A stretch of DNA of 63,738 bases, filler included, from Octopus bimaculoides (Eukaryota): the NCBI RefSeq assembly GCF_001194135.2. It is 9 parts of 8 records of this genome, joined end to end, with 100 filler letters (N's around TTAATTAATTAA, not from the genome) between each part and the next. Parts side by side here need not be neighbours in the genome. Positions count along the whole stretch, not along the records: positions 62,280 to 63,738 come from NC_069003.1; 8 more parts are not named here. One strand, given 5' to 3'. The position numbers were made by a program, and so were the translations under genes. This document shows, in pieces, positions 63,699 to 63,738 of this stretch. Numbering within the stretch: the stretch's first letter is position 1; the number at the start of each line of letters is the position of its first letter. The notes beneath the pieces were generated by a model. It had not been told where the DNA came from. It did no database searches and saw only the letters and a program-made list of their open reading frames with translations.

Positions 63699-63738
<40 letters not shown>

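Overview
AT-rich, repeat-dense eukaryotic draft-assembly window. The tRNA-derived SINE families and microsatellite load look like an octopus/cephalopod genome (inference). It contains many N gaps and eight artificial N44-TTAATTAATTAA-N44 contig linkers, so contiguity across those points is not guaranteed. Host coding content I can support: (i) the terminal exon of MEGF8 (+, 35106-35977; TM helix, MASRPF motif); (ii) two hidden 72-bp phase-2 LRR exons (-, 58005-58076 and 56725-56796) that splice in frame; (iii) a weak candidate orphan terminal ORF ending QDEL (-, 52573-52734). The rest is decayed mobile DNA: a hAT transposase pseudogene with its 3' TIR, two mariner copies, several MITE/foldback elements, a Neptune-type Penelope-like element (PLE), a GIY-YIG fragment, RLE-type (R4/Dong-like) and RTE LINE fragments, an internally deleted Ty3/Gypsy, at least four SINE types and a tRNA-Asn pseudogene. 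The most striking unannotated signal is nine dispersed minimal type-I hammerhead-ribozyme-like motifs from several unrelated repeat families. They share a palindromic (dimer-type) stem III but have very variable stem II, and one two-copy family has a non-canonical CUGU core.
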